Source: an uncultured Nitrospiraceae bacterium | GTDB lineage: Bacteria > Nitrospirota > Thermodesulfovibrionia > Thermodesulfovibrionales > UBA6898 | NCBI GenBank assembly: GCA_963811165.1 | Contig: CAWEQH010000001.1 | Coordinates: forward strand, 627,563 to 691,562 | Direction: 5' to 3' | Length of the DNA stretch: 64,000 nucleotides | In this document: in pieces, positions 31,702 through 42,288 of the stretch | How positions within the stretch are numbered: the first letter of the stretch is position 1 | Layout of the letters: the number at the start of each line of letters is the position of its first letter | Notes under the pieces: generated by a model | Told to the model about the DNA's origin: nothing | Databases searched by the model: none | What the model saw: only the letters and a program-made list of their open reading frames with translations | Position numbers and translations under genes: made by a program

Positions 31702-32363
31702 CCATACGTCTGATTATTAAAGAACTCATCTATAAATTTACCAGTAGGGAAAAGAAATTCGCGAATATATATAAGACTAATTGGTTTGGCGGTGATGAGT
31801 CGATATCTGGCCCCGGATCGAGCCTCGAACAAACACAAGTCATAAGAGGAGAACTGCCAAAAGTCATACAGGCATTCAAAATAAGAAAACTCATTGATGC
31901 TCCGTGCGGTGATTTCAACTGGATGCAAGAAGCTGTTCTTGACATTGACAAGTATATCGGCATTGATATTGTCCCCGAAATAATCGATAGCAATCGGGCA
32001 AAATATGGAAACAACAAGCGGGAGTTTCTTGTCATTGATATAGTAAAAGGGACCTTGCCGGAGGGAGACCTAGCTTTGTGCCGTGACTGCTTTATCCATC
32101 TGTCATATAGAGATATATTTTCCGCCGTGAGAAATTTTCACAAGTCAGGGACAAAATACTTGCTGACAACAACATTCACGGGACTTAAGGAAAATAGAGA
32201 TATTGTGAGCGGAAGAGTACGCCCTATTAATCTGCAAAGGCAACCTTTCAATTTCCCTACTCCTCTGCTCCTGATCAATGAGCATTGCACTGAGGGAGGA
32301 GGCAAGTATGCTGATAAGTCTCTCGGATTATGGAAGATTGAAGAGATTCTAAAAATATTATGA
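31698..32363 (+). CDS. Class I SAM-dependent methyltransferase-like protein
   Basis: F..IY..N.W..ES.SGPGS, DAPCGDFNWM, YIGIDIV. Confidence 0.85.
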   Translation: MTIRLIIKELIYKFTSREKKFANIYKTNWFGGDESISGPGSSLEQTQVIRGELPKVIQAFKIRKLIDAPCGDFNWMQEAVLDIDKYIGIDIVPEIIDSNRAKYGNNKREFLVIDIVKGTLPEGDLALCRDCFIHLSYRDIFSAVRNFHKSGTKYLLTTTFTGLKENRDIVSGRVRPINLQRQPFNFPTPLLLINEHCTEGGGKYADKSLGLWKIEEILKIL

Positions 32364-32893
32364 TGTCCCTGAAAAAAATTATAAAAGCGGTATGCCTGGT
32401 CTTCTATAATATGTTTCTAAAGAATTTTCCTTCATCAAATTCACCACATGCGTTTGGATGCAAATCGAGGTTGGCCTTTCTCAGGCATTTCCTGAAGAGT
32501 GCCGGGAAAAACGTAAACATTCAGCCCGGAGTTTATCTGTATCCGCTCTGTAACATTTCCATCGGAAACAATTCCGGAATTGGAAAAGACTCTTTCGTGC
32601 TTGCTCCGGATACGGTCGAGATCGGAGAAAATGTGATGATCGGGCCGCAACTGATCGTCTATACTGCAAATCACGGCACAAAACGCTCAATTCCCATGAT
32701 CCATCAGCCCATGGTCAATGCCCCTGTAAAAATCGGCAATGATATATGGATCGGCGCCAGGGTGACCATTCTCCCCGGTGTGACTGTCGGTGACGGCGCG
32801 GTCATTGCCGCCGGGGCAGTCGTTACAAGAAATGTCGAGCCTTATACGATTGTGGGAGGCGTTCCCGCAAAAAAAATCAGTGAGCGAATATAG
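32360..32893 (+). CDS. Hexapeptide-repeat O-acyltransferase
   Basis: LbH repeats; IGNDIWIGA..PGVTVGDGAVIAAGAVV..GGVPAK. Confidence 0.92.
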   Translation: MMSLKKIIKAVCLVFYNMFLKNFPSSNSPHAFGCKSRLAFLRHFLKSAGKNVNIQPGVYLYPLCNISIGNNSGIGKDSFVLAPDTVEIGENVMIGPQLIVYTANHGTKRSIPMIHQPMVNAPVKIGNDIWIGARVTILPGVTVGDGAVIAAGAVVTRNVEPYTIVGGVPAKKISERI

Positions 32894-32986
32894 TATCTAT
32901 TTCTGGTCTCTTTTCTGATAAATTTCGCTTTAAAACGAAACGAGTTTTGAACCGCATCATATGGATTAATTTCATGGTAGTCTTTA

Positions 32987-34498
32987 ATGGCTGATATCTG
33001 TCTGGTATCGATGCCCACGCTGGGACGGGCGAAGAGTACGATTGTTCCCCATTGGATACTCTGGCTCGCGGATTACATTGAAAAACAGGGACACAGCGTT
33101 GATGTGGTAGATGTGAAGAGCTGTGTAACTGCTGACTATACTGAAAAAGAAAAGGAGAGGGTATTTCAGGAAACAGTCAAGAAAACAATCGCATCGGGCT
33201 CTCTCCTTATAGGCCTGAGCGCGTTTACCGAAGATTACCAGAATGTAATGAAACTGGCCGGAGAGATCAAGAAAAGGAGCAGCGCCAAAATCATAGTGGG
33301 CGGTATACACGCGACCATATTGCCTGAAGATTTCTTTGCGGGGGACGATTCACCTTTTGATGCGGCGGTTGTGGGTGACGGCGAGGTGCCTTTGACAAGG
33401 ATAATCGAAGCCGAAAAAAACGGGACAAGTTCTTGGGAAAAGATAGACGGACTTGTTTTCAGGAAAGGCAAAGACCTTGTCCAAACGGCGCCCCAGACTG
33501 CATTCCCCTCTTTGGAGGGGATGTCGAGGCATCCTTATCACAAGCTGGACATGGATTTCTATCTCCAGCCGCAACAGTTTCTCCTGCGTTCGATCTATCT
33601 GTCGGGGATTCATATATTTACTGCGAGGGGGTGTCCCTATCATTGTACATTTTGCGCAAACAGTGGAAGAAAGGTGAGATTTCGGCCTCTGGATTCTGTT
33701 ATTGAAGAACTAAGGTTTCTGAAAGAGACTTACGATATCGACGGCTTCTATATTCACGACGATACCTTTACAATAAAAAATGATCGCGTCATTGAATTTT
33801 GCGAAGGACTGATGGACCTGAAATACCGGTTTGTCTGGGGAATGGAGGGACGCGTCAACCAGTTTTCCGATAAGGTTTTTCAGTCTCTCAAGAAAAGCGG
33901 TTGTATCCAGATAGATTTCGGCGTGGAGTCCGGTTCACAGGAGGCGCTGGACCGGATGAAAAAGGGAATAAAGGTTGAAGACACAGTGGAGGTCTTTCGC
34001 CGCTGTCGGGCCGAAAAAATTCGTACCTATGCCAATATCCTCATCAACACCCCTGAAGAAACTGAGGAAGATGTTAGAAAAACCATTAATTTGATGGAGA
34101 ATATCAAAGCGTCGACATACGGAATATGCGTTACCACGCCCTATCCGGGCACAGAAATCTACGATCGGTATGTCAAACCGCCCCTTACGGTTGAAGAGTA
34201 TCAGCTCTACCGGGACAGCAAATCGTATGTGTCAATCGTCGATCCAAGATTCCGCCTGGCAGCCCACAACCTTAACATTGAAGAACTTTCGGCAAAGCTT
34301 GGCAGGCGGTTTATGCTCGATCAGGGCTGGCAGATCTTCAGCCTGTACCCGTCATATCTGAAGGCCCTCTTGAAAAGCAGGAGAAAAGCCCAGTATATTT
34401 CCATCTTCATCTTTCGGCTTTTCCGCAAACTGAGAAATCTGTTTAAAAAATATCTACATCGATCACTTAAAGAATCATTTAACAAACATATTGCGTGA
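32987..34498 (+). CDS. B12-binding radical SAM protein
   Basis: VGGIHAT..GDGE cobalamin-binding domain; RGCPYHCTFC; FGVESGS; PYPGT. Confidence 0.92.
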   Translation: MADICLVSMPTLGRAKSTIVPHWILWLADYIEKQGHSVDVVDVKSCVTADYTEKEKERVFQETVKKTIASGSLLIGLSAFTEDYQNVMKLAGEIKKRSSAKIIVGGIHATILPEDFFAGDDSPFDAAVVGDGEVPLTRIIEAEKNGTSSWEKIDGLVFRKGKDLVQTAPQTAFPSLEGMSRHPYHKLDMDFYLQPQQFLLRSIYLSGIHIFTARGCPYHCTFCANSGRKVRFRPLDSVIEELRFLKETYDIDGFYIHDDTFTIKNDRVIEFCEGLMDLKYRFVWGMEGRVNQFSDKVFQSLKKSGCIQIDFGVESGSQEALDRMKKGIKVEDTVEVFRRCRAEKIRTYANILINTPEETEEDVRKTINLMENIKASTYGICVTTPYPGTEIYDRYVKPPLTVEEYQLYRDSKSYVSIVDPRFRLAAHNLNIEELSAKLGRRFMLDQGWQIFSLYPSYLKALLKSRRKAQYISIFIFRLFRKLRNLFKKYLHRSLKESFNKHIA

Positions 34499-35526
34499 CA
34501 ATTACATATCTTCACAAGCTCGATAAGCTGGATCCCAGAGTTCATCACTGGGACCCCTTTCCGACAGAACGCAGAGGCTGTCCCTTCTGCGGGGAATACT
34601 CTGCTCCACTTTTTTTAAGACCGGATGATCTGCCTGTTTCACAGTGCAGCCGGTGCCGATGCTTTTACGTTTCACTCAGGATAGCTGACGAGGTACTGAG
34701 ACAATTTTACGACAGTTACTGGTCAGCGACATGTCCACGTCCATTGACTGATGAAATGGCACGGTACCTGCTTTCGAGTGCTGGGAATCGCGCTTCTTCG
34801 GATGTGTGCATACGTAAACTAACCGCACTTCGCGGTGGCTGGAACGGAGCGCAGGTGCTTGATCTGGGCTGCGGCTTCGGAGAAAAGGCGACTATGATGA
34901 GAGCCCTTGGGGCCTCTGTTACCGGTCTTGATATTTCTGCTGCTGCAGTGAAATTTATGACTGACCAGCTTGAAATGGAGGCATACGGTTCAACTATTGA
35001 AGAATGGGCCGGTAAAAAAAGCTTTTTTGACATAGTGACGATGTTTGAGTTTGTTGAACATCTGCTTGACCCTTATGGTTCGCTGATGGCCGTAGTAGAT
35101 AAAATACGGACGGGCGGGTTATTGGTGATAGTGACGCCGAATGGTACGGCAGGAGACAGGGCTGCATTCCCTCTGCATGGAGAATGGATAGGTTTTCGCG
35201 TGGATCTTGAACACATGCAGTATCTTCATGTCGATACCATAGACTACCTTGCTCATAAACTTGACTGCCGCATCCTGCATTGTGAACAGATGGGCTTCAG
35301 AGCGCTTGATGATGTTGCGCGATGCGGGAGAGAAACGACTCGTATCAGCTCCCGTCGTATCCGGCGTTTCATAAAGGCCATTCCCGGAGTAAGGAGCGCC
35401 GTCTATGCCTTCAGGAATCTGCAGATGAGGCGGCGCGCCGCTGCAAGACCGCCCCTTGACACCGGTGTCTATCACCTCTTCGCTGTTTTACAGAAAACAG
35501 GTGTGCGGAAGGGAAATGTCGCGTAA
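34495..35526 (+). CDS. SAM-dependent methyltransferase with N-terminal Cys4 ribbon
   Basis: CPFC..CSRC; LDLGCGFG; FEFVEHL. Confidence 0.88.
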   Translation: MTITYLHKLDKLDPRVHHWDPFPTERRGCPFCGEYSAPLFLRPDDLPVSQCSRCRCFYVSLRIADEVLRQFYDSYWSATCPRPLTDEMARYLLSSAGNRASSDVCIRKLTALRGGWNGAQVLDLGCGFGEKATMMRALGASVTGLDISAAAVKFMTDQLEMEAYGSTIEEWAGKKSFFDIVTMFEFVEHLLDPYGSLMAVVDKIRTGGLLVIVTPNGTAGDRAAFPLHGEWIGFRVDLEHMQYLHVDTIDYLAHKLDCRILHCEQMGFRALDDVARCGRETTRISSRRIRRFIKAIPGVRSAVYAFRNLQMRRRAAARPPLDTGVYHLFAVLQKTGVRKGNVA

Positions 35527-36748
35527 TAGAAAAATCATCATAGCCGCCACAGAGATAAGCGTTGGCGGGCTGGGGTCGTATATCGACACTCTTGCAATGC
35601 GACTCAAGTCCGGCGGTTGGGAGGTGCATCTTGTATCGACCAGTACACGCGGAGATCTTTTTGACCGGATGAGGGAGTCCGTGGAATGCCATGACTTTTC
35701 CGCGCACCCTCTTTCCGGGGGGAAAATCTTAACGGCAGCCGAATTGGTGAACCACATAGCTCCGGACATCCTTCTTATGAACAACTGTGCGCTCTTGCAT
35801 TATGCGTTGCCGCTTATAAAGACGACAGCCAGACCGGTGGCGGTTTTGCATAGTGATGATATAAGGTTTTACAAAACAGCCTCATTATTTGAGAAGCGGA
35901 TATTTCGCTGGATTGCCCCGACCCGGGGCGTGGCCGAAAGATGCAGGACGTTTCTTCAGCCGCAACGGGGAGCGCGCGTCCGCACCATTCCGCACGGGAT
36001 AGAGAATAAGATGTTTACCGCCAAAGAAAGCGGCAGGAGAAGAATCAGCGGGAATGTCAGCTTCGCGGGATTTATAGCCCAAAACAAGGGGGCAGATCTG
36101 CTGCCTGATATTTTCAGCGGGGTTTCAAAGGCATATGGGAATGCCCGCTTTACAATTGTGGGATCCGGCCCGCTGGAACAAACCCTCAAGAGGCAGTGTG
36201 AAGAAAATGGGACCCTCCATAAGTGCAATTTTACCGGGACGGTAGATCATGCCAGAATGGCCGAGATCCTGCGCGAGTCCGACATATTAATTCTTCCGAC
36301 ACGCATTGAAGGGTTCGGACTGAGTGTGGTCGAGGCCATGATGAGCGGAGCAGTCCCGGTTGTTTCGAGGATAGAGGGGGTAACGGATGATATTGTAAGC
36401 GATGGCTTGACCGGCGTGCTGATTAATCCCGATGACGCAAGGGGCTTCGCAACGGCGATTGTGGATCTTCTGAAAAATCCGGGGAGGCTTCTTTCGATGT
36501 CTGAAATGGCAAGACAGGACGCCCTGCGCAGATACTCAGCCGAAAAAATGCTCGATGCGTATCTGGCATTATTCGATGAAGAAGATGACAGGGTATCGAT
36601 CCAGCAGCGGGGCACAATGGGATGGATCATCGAGACTGTCGGCGAGAAGGGCAGGAAGGGAGTGGACCGGCGGTGGCTTTTACACAGGGCAATGGAAATA
36701 TGGGGCGGAAGAGTAACGGGGAAAGCGGATAAGGCCGGACCTTCATGA
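35516..36748 (+). CDS. Glycosyltransferase family 4
   Basis: NKGAD; EGFGLSVVEAM. Confidence 0.9.
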   Translation: MSRNRKIIIAATEISVGGLGSYIDTLAMRLKSGGWEVHLVSTSTRGDLFDRMRESVECHDFSAHPLSGGKILTAAELVNHIAPDILLMNNCALLHYALPLIKTTARPVAVLHSDDIRFYKTASLFEKRIFRWIAPTRGVAERCRTFLQPQRGARVRTIPHGIENKMFTAKESGRRRISGNVSFAGFIAQNKGADLLPDIFSGVSKAYGNARFTIVGSGPLEQTLKRQCEENGTLHKCNFTGTVDHARMAEILRESDILILPTRIEGFGLSVVEAMMSGAVPVVSRIEGVTDDIVSDGLTGVLINPDDARGFATAIVDLLKNPGRLLSMSEMARQDALRRYSAEKMLDAYLALFDEEDDRVSIQQRGTMGWIIETVGEKGRKGVDRRWLLHRAMEIWGGRVTGKADKAGPS

Positions 36749-37914
36749 AGGCATCTGTTTATTTCATACAATTTCTCAAGGACGATGCCCTGAGCGTCGG
36801 CGGAGGAGGGATAGGAACGCTCATCAGTCACCTCTGCCCTCTGCTTGAGGAACTTGGACACGAAGTCACCGTCTACCAGTGCGCCGGGAGGGCCTTTGAT
36901 GTCAAGTGGGGCAACACCCGTGTCATCGGCCTCCCCGGTTATCCGGGAGCGGGAAGGACTAACGAAAAGGTGGCGCAGTCCCTTAGGGAATTAGCAGAAC
37001 AGAGGGCTAGGTCTAAAGAACGGATAGAGATATTCGCCGGTGATTTCTTTTCAGTGAAGAATAGTAACCCATACGCCATCTGCGTGCAAAACGGTCTTGC
37101 ATGGGATGCATCCATTGAACTGCTCACTTCTAACAAGATGTATCACAATCCAATCGGCGAGAAGATTTTCCGCTACCGCTGCCAGATGCGCGGATTACGC
37201 AGATTTGAGACCTGTTTCAACCGTGTTGCCGTCGATCTTTATTTCCTAAACTGGTACAGGAGTTTTCGGGGGCCCAATGTCAAGGGGCGTCTTTTTTATA
37301 ACCCAAATCCCGCGCCTCAGTCGACGTGGGATGTTCGCCGCGAAACTAGAAAGAATGAGCAGATGAAGATTATCTTCGCCAGGAGACTTGTTCCGGAAAA
37401 AGGCACACGTGTAATAGCTGATGTCTTCAGGCAGCTTCTAGTGCTTCGCCCTAATATAGAAATAATGCTCGCCGGCGAAGGTAGTGAGGAGGGATTTCTG
37501 AGAGAGACATTCTCAGGTGACAGGCGCGTAACTTTGACATCATATAAGGCAGAGGATGCATTAGCGGTTCACCGGGAACATGACATCGCTGTGATTCCAT
37601 CATTATGTGGCGAGGCGACGTGTCTGTCCGTTCTTGAAGCTATGGCTGCGGGTTGTGCGGTCGTGGCAACGAATATGGGCGGGACCATAACACAGATCAT
37701 CGATGGTTACAATGGACTGTTGTGCTGGCCCCGAAAGGGGCCCCTGTTAGAGGGCCTTTTGAAGCTGATAGATAACAAAGAGGAAAGGCTGCGGATGCAA
37801 AGAAGTGGATGGGAGATTTCGCAGAAATCATTCAGCATGGTGCAATGGAAAAAACGCTGGGAGGAAATTATCGGCGAAATTACAGGCGCCAAGGGTTTGG
37901 AGGGAAGGCAGTGA
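36745..37914 (+). CDS. Glycosyltransferase family 4
   Basis: RRLVPEKG; PS..E...SVLEAMAAG. Confidence 0.88.
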   Translation: MKASVYFIQFLKDDALSVGGGGIGTLISHLCPLLEELGHEVTVYQCAGRAFDVKWGNTRVIGLPGYPGAGRTNEKVAQSLRELAEQRARSKERIEIFAGDFFSVKNSNPYAICVQNGLAWDASIELLTSNKMYHNPIGEKIFRYRCQMRGLRRFETCFNRVAVDLYFLNWYRSFRGPNVKGRLFYNPNPAPQSTWDVRRETRKNEQMKIIFARRLVPEKGTRVIADVFRQLLVLRPNIEIMLAGEGSEEGFLRETFSGDRRVTLTSYKAEDALAVHREHDIAVIPSLCGEATCLSVLEAMAAGCAVVATNMGGTITQIIDGYNGLLCWPRKGPLLEGLLKLIDNKEERLRMQRSGWEISQKSFSMVQWKKRWEEIIGEITGAKGLEGRQ

Positions 37915-37936
37915 TGCAGCTATTCCCGATTATGGT

Positions 37937-38761
37937 ATGTCTAAGGATATGTTAGATAGTCACCATTGTGGGATCTGCGGATCAGCATCGCAAAAGATCT
38001 TCACGGCCGGCATATTGAGCAAATACGAAGTCGCTTATTATTATTGTGATGCCTGCGGCTTTCTTCAGACCGAAGAGCCATACTGGCTTGAGGAATCGTA
38101 TAGAGAATCAATTAATATGTCTGATACAGGAACGTTGGCAAGAAGCTTGCACCTTGCCGAAATGACATCGGTTATTCTTTATTTCCTGTTTGATAAGAAT
38201 GCCAGATACCTCGATTTTGCAGGAGGATATGGTCTTTTTACCCGGCGAATGAGAGACATAGGTTTTGATTTTTTTTGGCAGGATAAATATACGCAAAATC
38301 TTATTTCAAAAGGGTTCGAATACCGGGAAGGAATGGGTGACTTTGAGCTGATAACATCCTTTGAGGCGTTTGAGCATTTTGTGAATCCAATGCGGGAGAT
38401 TGAAACGATGCTGTCCATGTCAAAAAATATTTTGTTTACTACTGAACTCCTGCCGCTACCTGTTCCACGTCCGGGAGACTGGCATTATTATGGATTGGAG
38501 CACGGCCAGCATATTTCTTTTTATTCTCTTAAAACACTGCATTCCATCGCCCGGAAATATGGTTTACACGTGCACTCTATCGGGCCTGTGCATCTCTTCA
38601 CGTCAAGGGAGATACATCCGCTTTATCTCGAGCTTCTGTTGAAGTGCAGGAAGTTGGGGCTTTTTTTATATATAAAGAAATGCCTTCAAAGCAGGACGGT
38701 TGATGACTGTAACTTCTTGAGGGAACACGTCGTGGTTTCTATCGGTGATAGAAAACGATAA
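37937..38761 (+). CDS. SAM-dependent methyltransferase with Cys4 ribbon
   Basis: CGIC..CDACGFLQTEEPYWL; LDFAGGYG; FEAFEHF. Confidence 0.85.
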   Translation: MSKDMLDSHHCGICGSASQKIFTAGILSKYEVAYYYCDACGFLQTEEPYWLEESYRESINMSDTGTLARSLHLAEMTSVILYFLFDKNARYLDFAGGYGLFTRRMRDIGFDFFWQDKYTQNLISKGFEYREGMGDFELITSFEAFEHFVNPMREIETMLSMSKNILFTTELLPLPVPRPGDWHYYGLEHGQHISFYSLKTLHSIARKYGLHVHSIGPVHLFTSREIHPLYLELLLKCRKLGLFLYIKKCLQSRTVDDCNFLREHVVVSIGDRKR

Positions 38762-38782
38762 GAAAAATCGATACATGCGGCA

Positions 38783-39799
38783 ATGACCGGAATTATTGAA
38801 CAGGTTTACCGGCGGCTACGGCACAATGCCCGCGTCCGCCTTAACTTCGGCCGCAACTATATTATTCTCCGAAGATTAATTGCGCGCCTGAAAAGAGAGT
38901 CACAGAAACGGCGACTGGTGGGAGTAATGCTGCTTGAGCACCTCGGCGATATCGTTGCATGCGAGCCGGTCGTACGCCACATAAAAAAAATGCATCCTTA
39001 TGCATTCATTGTTTGGGGAGTTAAAAAGCCATACAGGGAGCTTATAGAAAACAATCCTTACATAGATGGGACATTGACCATCCACTGTCTCACAGAACGG
39101 ATGCTTCTCATAAACAGCGGTCTGTTCGATGAGGTGATCGACCTCCATTTCCACGACCGGTATTGTTCATTGTGCTCCCAGCCGAGAAAGAAAGTGCAGG
39201 GCGCTTCGCCTATCAATCTTACGAATTATTTCCGGTTTGGAAGTCTTCTGTCGGCGATGTCTCAGAGCGCGGGACTATCCGCACTGGATGATAAACCGAT
39301 GGTGTATATTCCCGAGGCGGCGGTGAGAAAAGTCGATAGTCTTAGATTGCCGGAGGAATTTCTCGTGATTAATTGCACCTCCAATGCGCCCGAGAAGGGT
39401 TGGCCGGCCGAGAAGTGGATTCGACTTCTTGCCAAGGTTAAGGAGACGGTCGGTTTGCCCGTCTTTGAAATCGGCACCGAAACATTTCTTGATATGTCAT
39501 TATCTTTGAGTCAAAGTCTCTGCGGAAAACTCTCAATCCTGGAGTCCGCCGAGGTTATACGAAGAGCGAAACTTTTTATCGGCATCGACAGCGGACCTGC
39601 TCACCTGGCGAATGCCGTTGGAACTGCCGGTGTTGTTCTCATGGGAAACTATCTTGGGTTCACAAAATATATACCCTTCAGCGGTCCTTATGGAAAAGGC
39701 AAAAATTCTGAGATCATCTATCAGAATGGCAGCGTGGCCGATATTTCGATTGAACGGGTTTTCATTTCTGTAAAGGAATTTCTCGATAGTACCAATTAA
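38783..39799 (+). CDS. Glycosyltransferase family 9 (heptosyltransferase-like)
   Basis: HLGDIV; K.WP..W; FIGIDSGPAHLA. Confidence 0.9.
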   Translation: MTGIIEQVYRRLRHNARVRLNFGRNYIILRRLIARLKRESQKRRLVGVMLLEHLGDIVACEPVVRHIKKMHPYAFIVWGVKKPYRELIENNPYIDGTLTIHCLTERMLLINSGLFDEVIDLHFHDRYCSLCSQPRKKVQGASPINLTNYFRFGSLLSAMSQSAGLSALDDKPMVYIPEAAVRKVDSLRLPEEFLVINCTSNAPEKGWPAEKWIRLLAKVKETVGLPVFEIGTETFLDMSLSLSQSLCGKLSILESAEVIRRAKLFIGIDSGPAHLANAVGTAGVVLMGNYLGFTKYIPFSGPYGKGKNSEIIYQNGSVADISIERVFISVKEFLDSTN

Positions 39800-39801
39800 C
39801 T

Positions 39802-40854
39802 ATGGGACGCATAATTTATTCAATAGTAATACCGGCGCATAATGGAGAGCCATTTCTTCGCTCCGCTATTTCTTCAGTCTTGGGGCAAAGCCGGACGGCG
39901 GACGAAATAATAGTGGTCGATGATGCATCAAAGGACGGGACCGCCGACATCGCACAGGCATCTGAGTTCGGCGGCCGCATCAAGTATTACTTCAATGAAC
40001 GGTCCTCCGGGTTTGTCGATGCATGGAACAGGGCGATCTCTAAAGCTACCGGAGATTTTGTGGCAATCCTTCATCAAGACGACGTGCTGCATCCTGAGTA
40101 TCTGGAGCATATGGAAAATGCCGTCAGGCGCTATCCCCAGGCGAGACATTTGTATGCTGCCTGCACCTATATCGATGAAAACGACCATATAACGGGAATG
40201 CCTCCTGAGCCGTATTCTCCGGAGCCTGTGTTATATTCGGGCAGACAGTATGCGCATAATTACCTCGATGGTGTGATTTCCAGCCGGCATATACACAGAT
40301 GTCCGGGCGTACTTACATCGAGGCAACTCCTGCTTCGAGAGTGCACATACCGTAAGGAGGCCGGTCACATTGCGGATGATGATTTTTTTCTGCGCGTTGG
40401 AACTTATACTGACGTCGTGGGCATTTCTCAGCCTCTTGCAAGCTTCCGTCATCATGCAGGCTCAGAAACCGGGCAGGTCGATCTGCTGTCTCTGAAGCTT
40501 GCGGAGGCATATCTGTTCCAGACTGAATATTACCGTAGGGATGAGACAATTCTTGAATCTGGAGATATTTGCAGGATAAACAAACAGGCGGTTAAGTTCA
40601 TCAACCTCCTGCTCTTCCAGTCGTTGCTTTTCAAGAGAGATGACTGGATAAAGCAGGCCCTGGATTTCAGGAAAAGGGTTGAACGAATACTCCCGGGTTT
40701 TATGGAACAGGAACTTCCGCGATGGTCACGTCCGATGTGGGGCTTGACGCTTCGCAAAGGCGGCGCTCATCTGTCCGCCATGTGGTATGTGCGGATTCTG
40801 CATGGCATGCTACGACTGCGTGATTTCGGCAAATATACGGGGCGACAAAGGTGA
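39802..40854 (+). CDS. Glycosyltransferase family 2
   Basis: SIVIPAHN, IIVVDDAS.D, LHQDD. Confidence 0.9.
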   Translation: MGRIIYSIVIPAHNGEPFLRSAISSVLGQSRTADEIIVVDDASKDGTADIAQASEFGGRIKYYFNERSSGFVDAWNRAISKATGDFVAILHQDDVLHPEYLEHMENAVRRYPQARHLYAACTYIDENDHITGMPPEPYSPEPVLYSGRQYAHNYLDGVISSRHIHRCPGVLTSRQLLLRECTYRKEAGHIADDDFFLRVGTYTDVVGISQPLASFRHHAGSETGQVDLLSLKLAEAYLFQTEYYRRDETILESGDICRINKQAVKFINLLLFQSLLFKRDDWIKQALDFRKRVERILPGFMEQELPRWSRPMWGLTLRKGGAHLSAMWYVRILHGMLRLRDFGKYTGRQR

Positions 40855-42014
40855 GTCCAGAACTCCATCAACATGTCCTTGTTGCTATGCCGGTCCTGTT
40901 ATCCGGCGGGACCGAGATGCAGACCCTGGCCCTTGTATCTGTGCTTGTTTCCGGTGGATATAAGGTAACGGTCTGCTGTTATTATGAATATGATCAAGAC
41001 ATGGTGAACCGGTTTGAAGGTGCAGGGGCAACGGTAATTCTTTTGAAGTATGAAAGGGCAAAGGGCCTATGGTATCTTGCGAAAGGGCTCATCAAACTGT
41101 TTAAAAAAGTGTCTCCTGCTATTGTTCATGTCCAATATATAGCTCCGGGTTTTGTGCCTGTGATTGCTGCACGCTTTGCGGGAGTCAAGACTGTATATGC
41201 GACCGTTCATCAACCTGGAAGGGTATATGGCTTGAAGGAGAAACTTCTTTTGAGAACAGCAGCCGGCTTTTGCAGCGTTTTTCTCTGTGTCTCAAGGTCT
41301 GTAGAAGAATCATGGTTCGGTGACAGTGAATTGTTTGATCCTCAAAAGGTCGAAAAGGGACGCAGACATTTTACCGTTTATAATGGAGTTGATGTTGGGA
41401 AGATCGAAAAGATTGTCAAAGAAGCGGACAATCAGGTAATCAAGAAGTCATTAGGCGTAGATGGAAAGAAGGTTGTTGGAGTTGTCGGCAGACTAAGAGA
41501 GGAGAAAGGCCAAACTATTTTGCTTGATGCGATCGCAAAAGTTACAAAAACAATTCCGGACGTAATGCTGCTGGTTATAGGCGACGGACCGGATAGAGTG
41601 AGCTTAGAGCTAAGGGCTAAGAGCTTAGGCATAGACAACAACATTATTTGGCTTGGGCAGAAGAACCCCGAGGGAGTTTATCATCTTTACCTAATTATGG
41701 ATGTAGTGGCGGTACCGTCATTTTTTGAAGGCTTCGGCCTTGTTGCTGCCGAAGCACAGGCAGCAAGATTGCCGGTTGTTGGAACGAGGGTTGATGGATT
41801 GACTGAAATTATAGACGACGGCGCAAGCGGTTATCTTGTTGAGGCAGGGAACAGCATAGAATTGTCAGGGGCAATAATTAATCTTCTGTCAAATCCTGAG
41901 AAAGCGAAAACTATGGGCATGAAAGGACTGGAGACCGTGCTCGAACGTTTTTCTTCCGAACGCTTTGGAAAGACCATCCTTGGGATCTATCAAACGGCAT
42001 TTAATCGGGGATGA
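40851..42014 (+). CDS. Glycosyltransferase family 4
   Basis: GGTE; GRLREEKG; EGFGLVAAEA. Confidence 0.92.
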   Translation: MSPELHQHVLVAMPVLLSGGTEMQTLALVSVLVSGGYKVTVCCYYEYDQDMVNRFEGAGATVILLKYERAKGLWYLAKGLIKLFKKVSPAIVHVQYIAPGFVPVIAARFAGVKTVYATVHQPGRVYGLKEKLLLRTAAGFCSVFLCVSRSVEESWFGDSELFDPQKVEKGRRHFTVYNGVDVGKIEKIVKEADNQVIKKSLGVDGKKVVGVVGRLREEKGQTILLDAIAKVTKTIPDVMLLVIGDGPDRVSLELRAKSLGIDNNIIWLGQKNPEGVYHLYLIMDVVAVPSFFEGFGLVAAEAQAARLPVVGTRVDGLTEIIDDGASGYLVEAGNSIELSGAIINLLSNPEKAKTMGMKGLETVLERFSSERFGKTILGIYQTAFNRG

Positions 42015-42259
42015 ACATAAAAGCGGTTATTTATCAGGCAGGCATGAATGCCTTAAAATTATTTTGGCACTTGAGAGGTGGCAGGGGAATCAGTGCCTTT
42101 GGTCGCGAGATCAGGGTATCGGCCGATACGATTTTCCCCAGTTATCGCAAGCTGAGACTCCTCAAGGGCCGTTGTCACTCTGAAATCAATATGTATTTCA
42201 CAAAAACACAGCTTTTGATAAGGATGCCTATATCGGGCCAACTTTGTTTGTGCCAGTAG
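42011..42259 (+). pseudogene. Probable truncated gene remnant
   Basis: ATGA-coupled start and plausible N-terminus, but only 82 aa with no complete domain. Confidence 0.35.
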
Positions 42260-42288
42260 AGTTTACAAAAAGCAGGTGGGAAGTCTGA

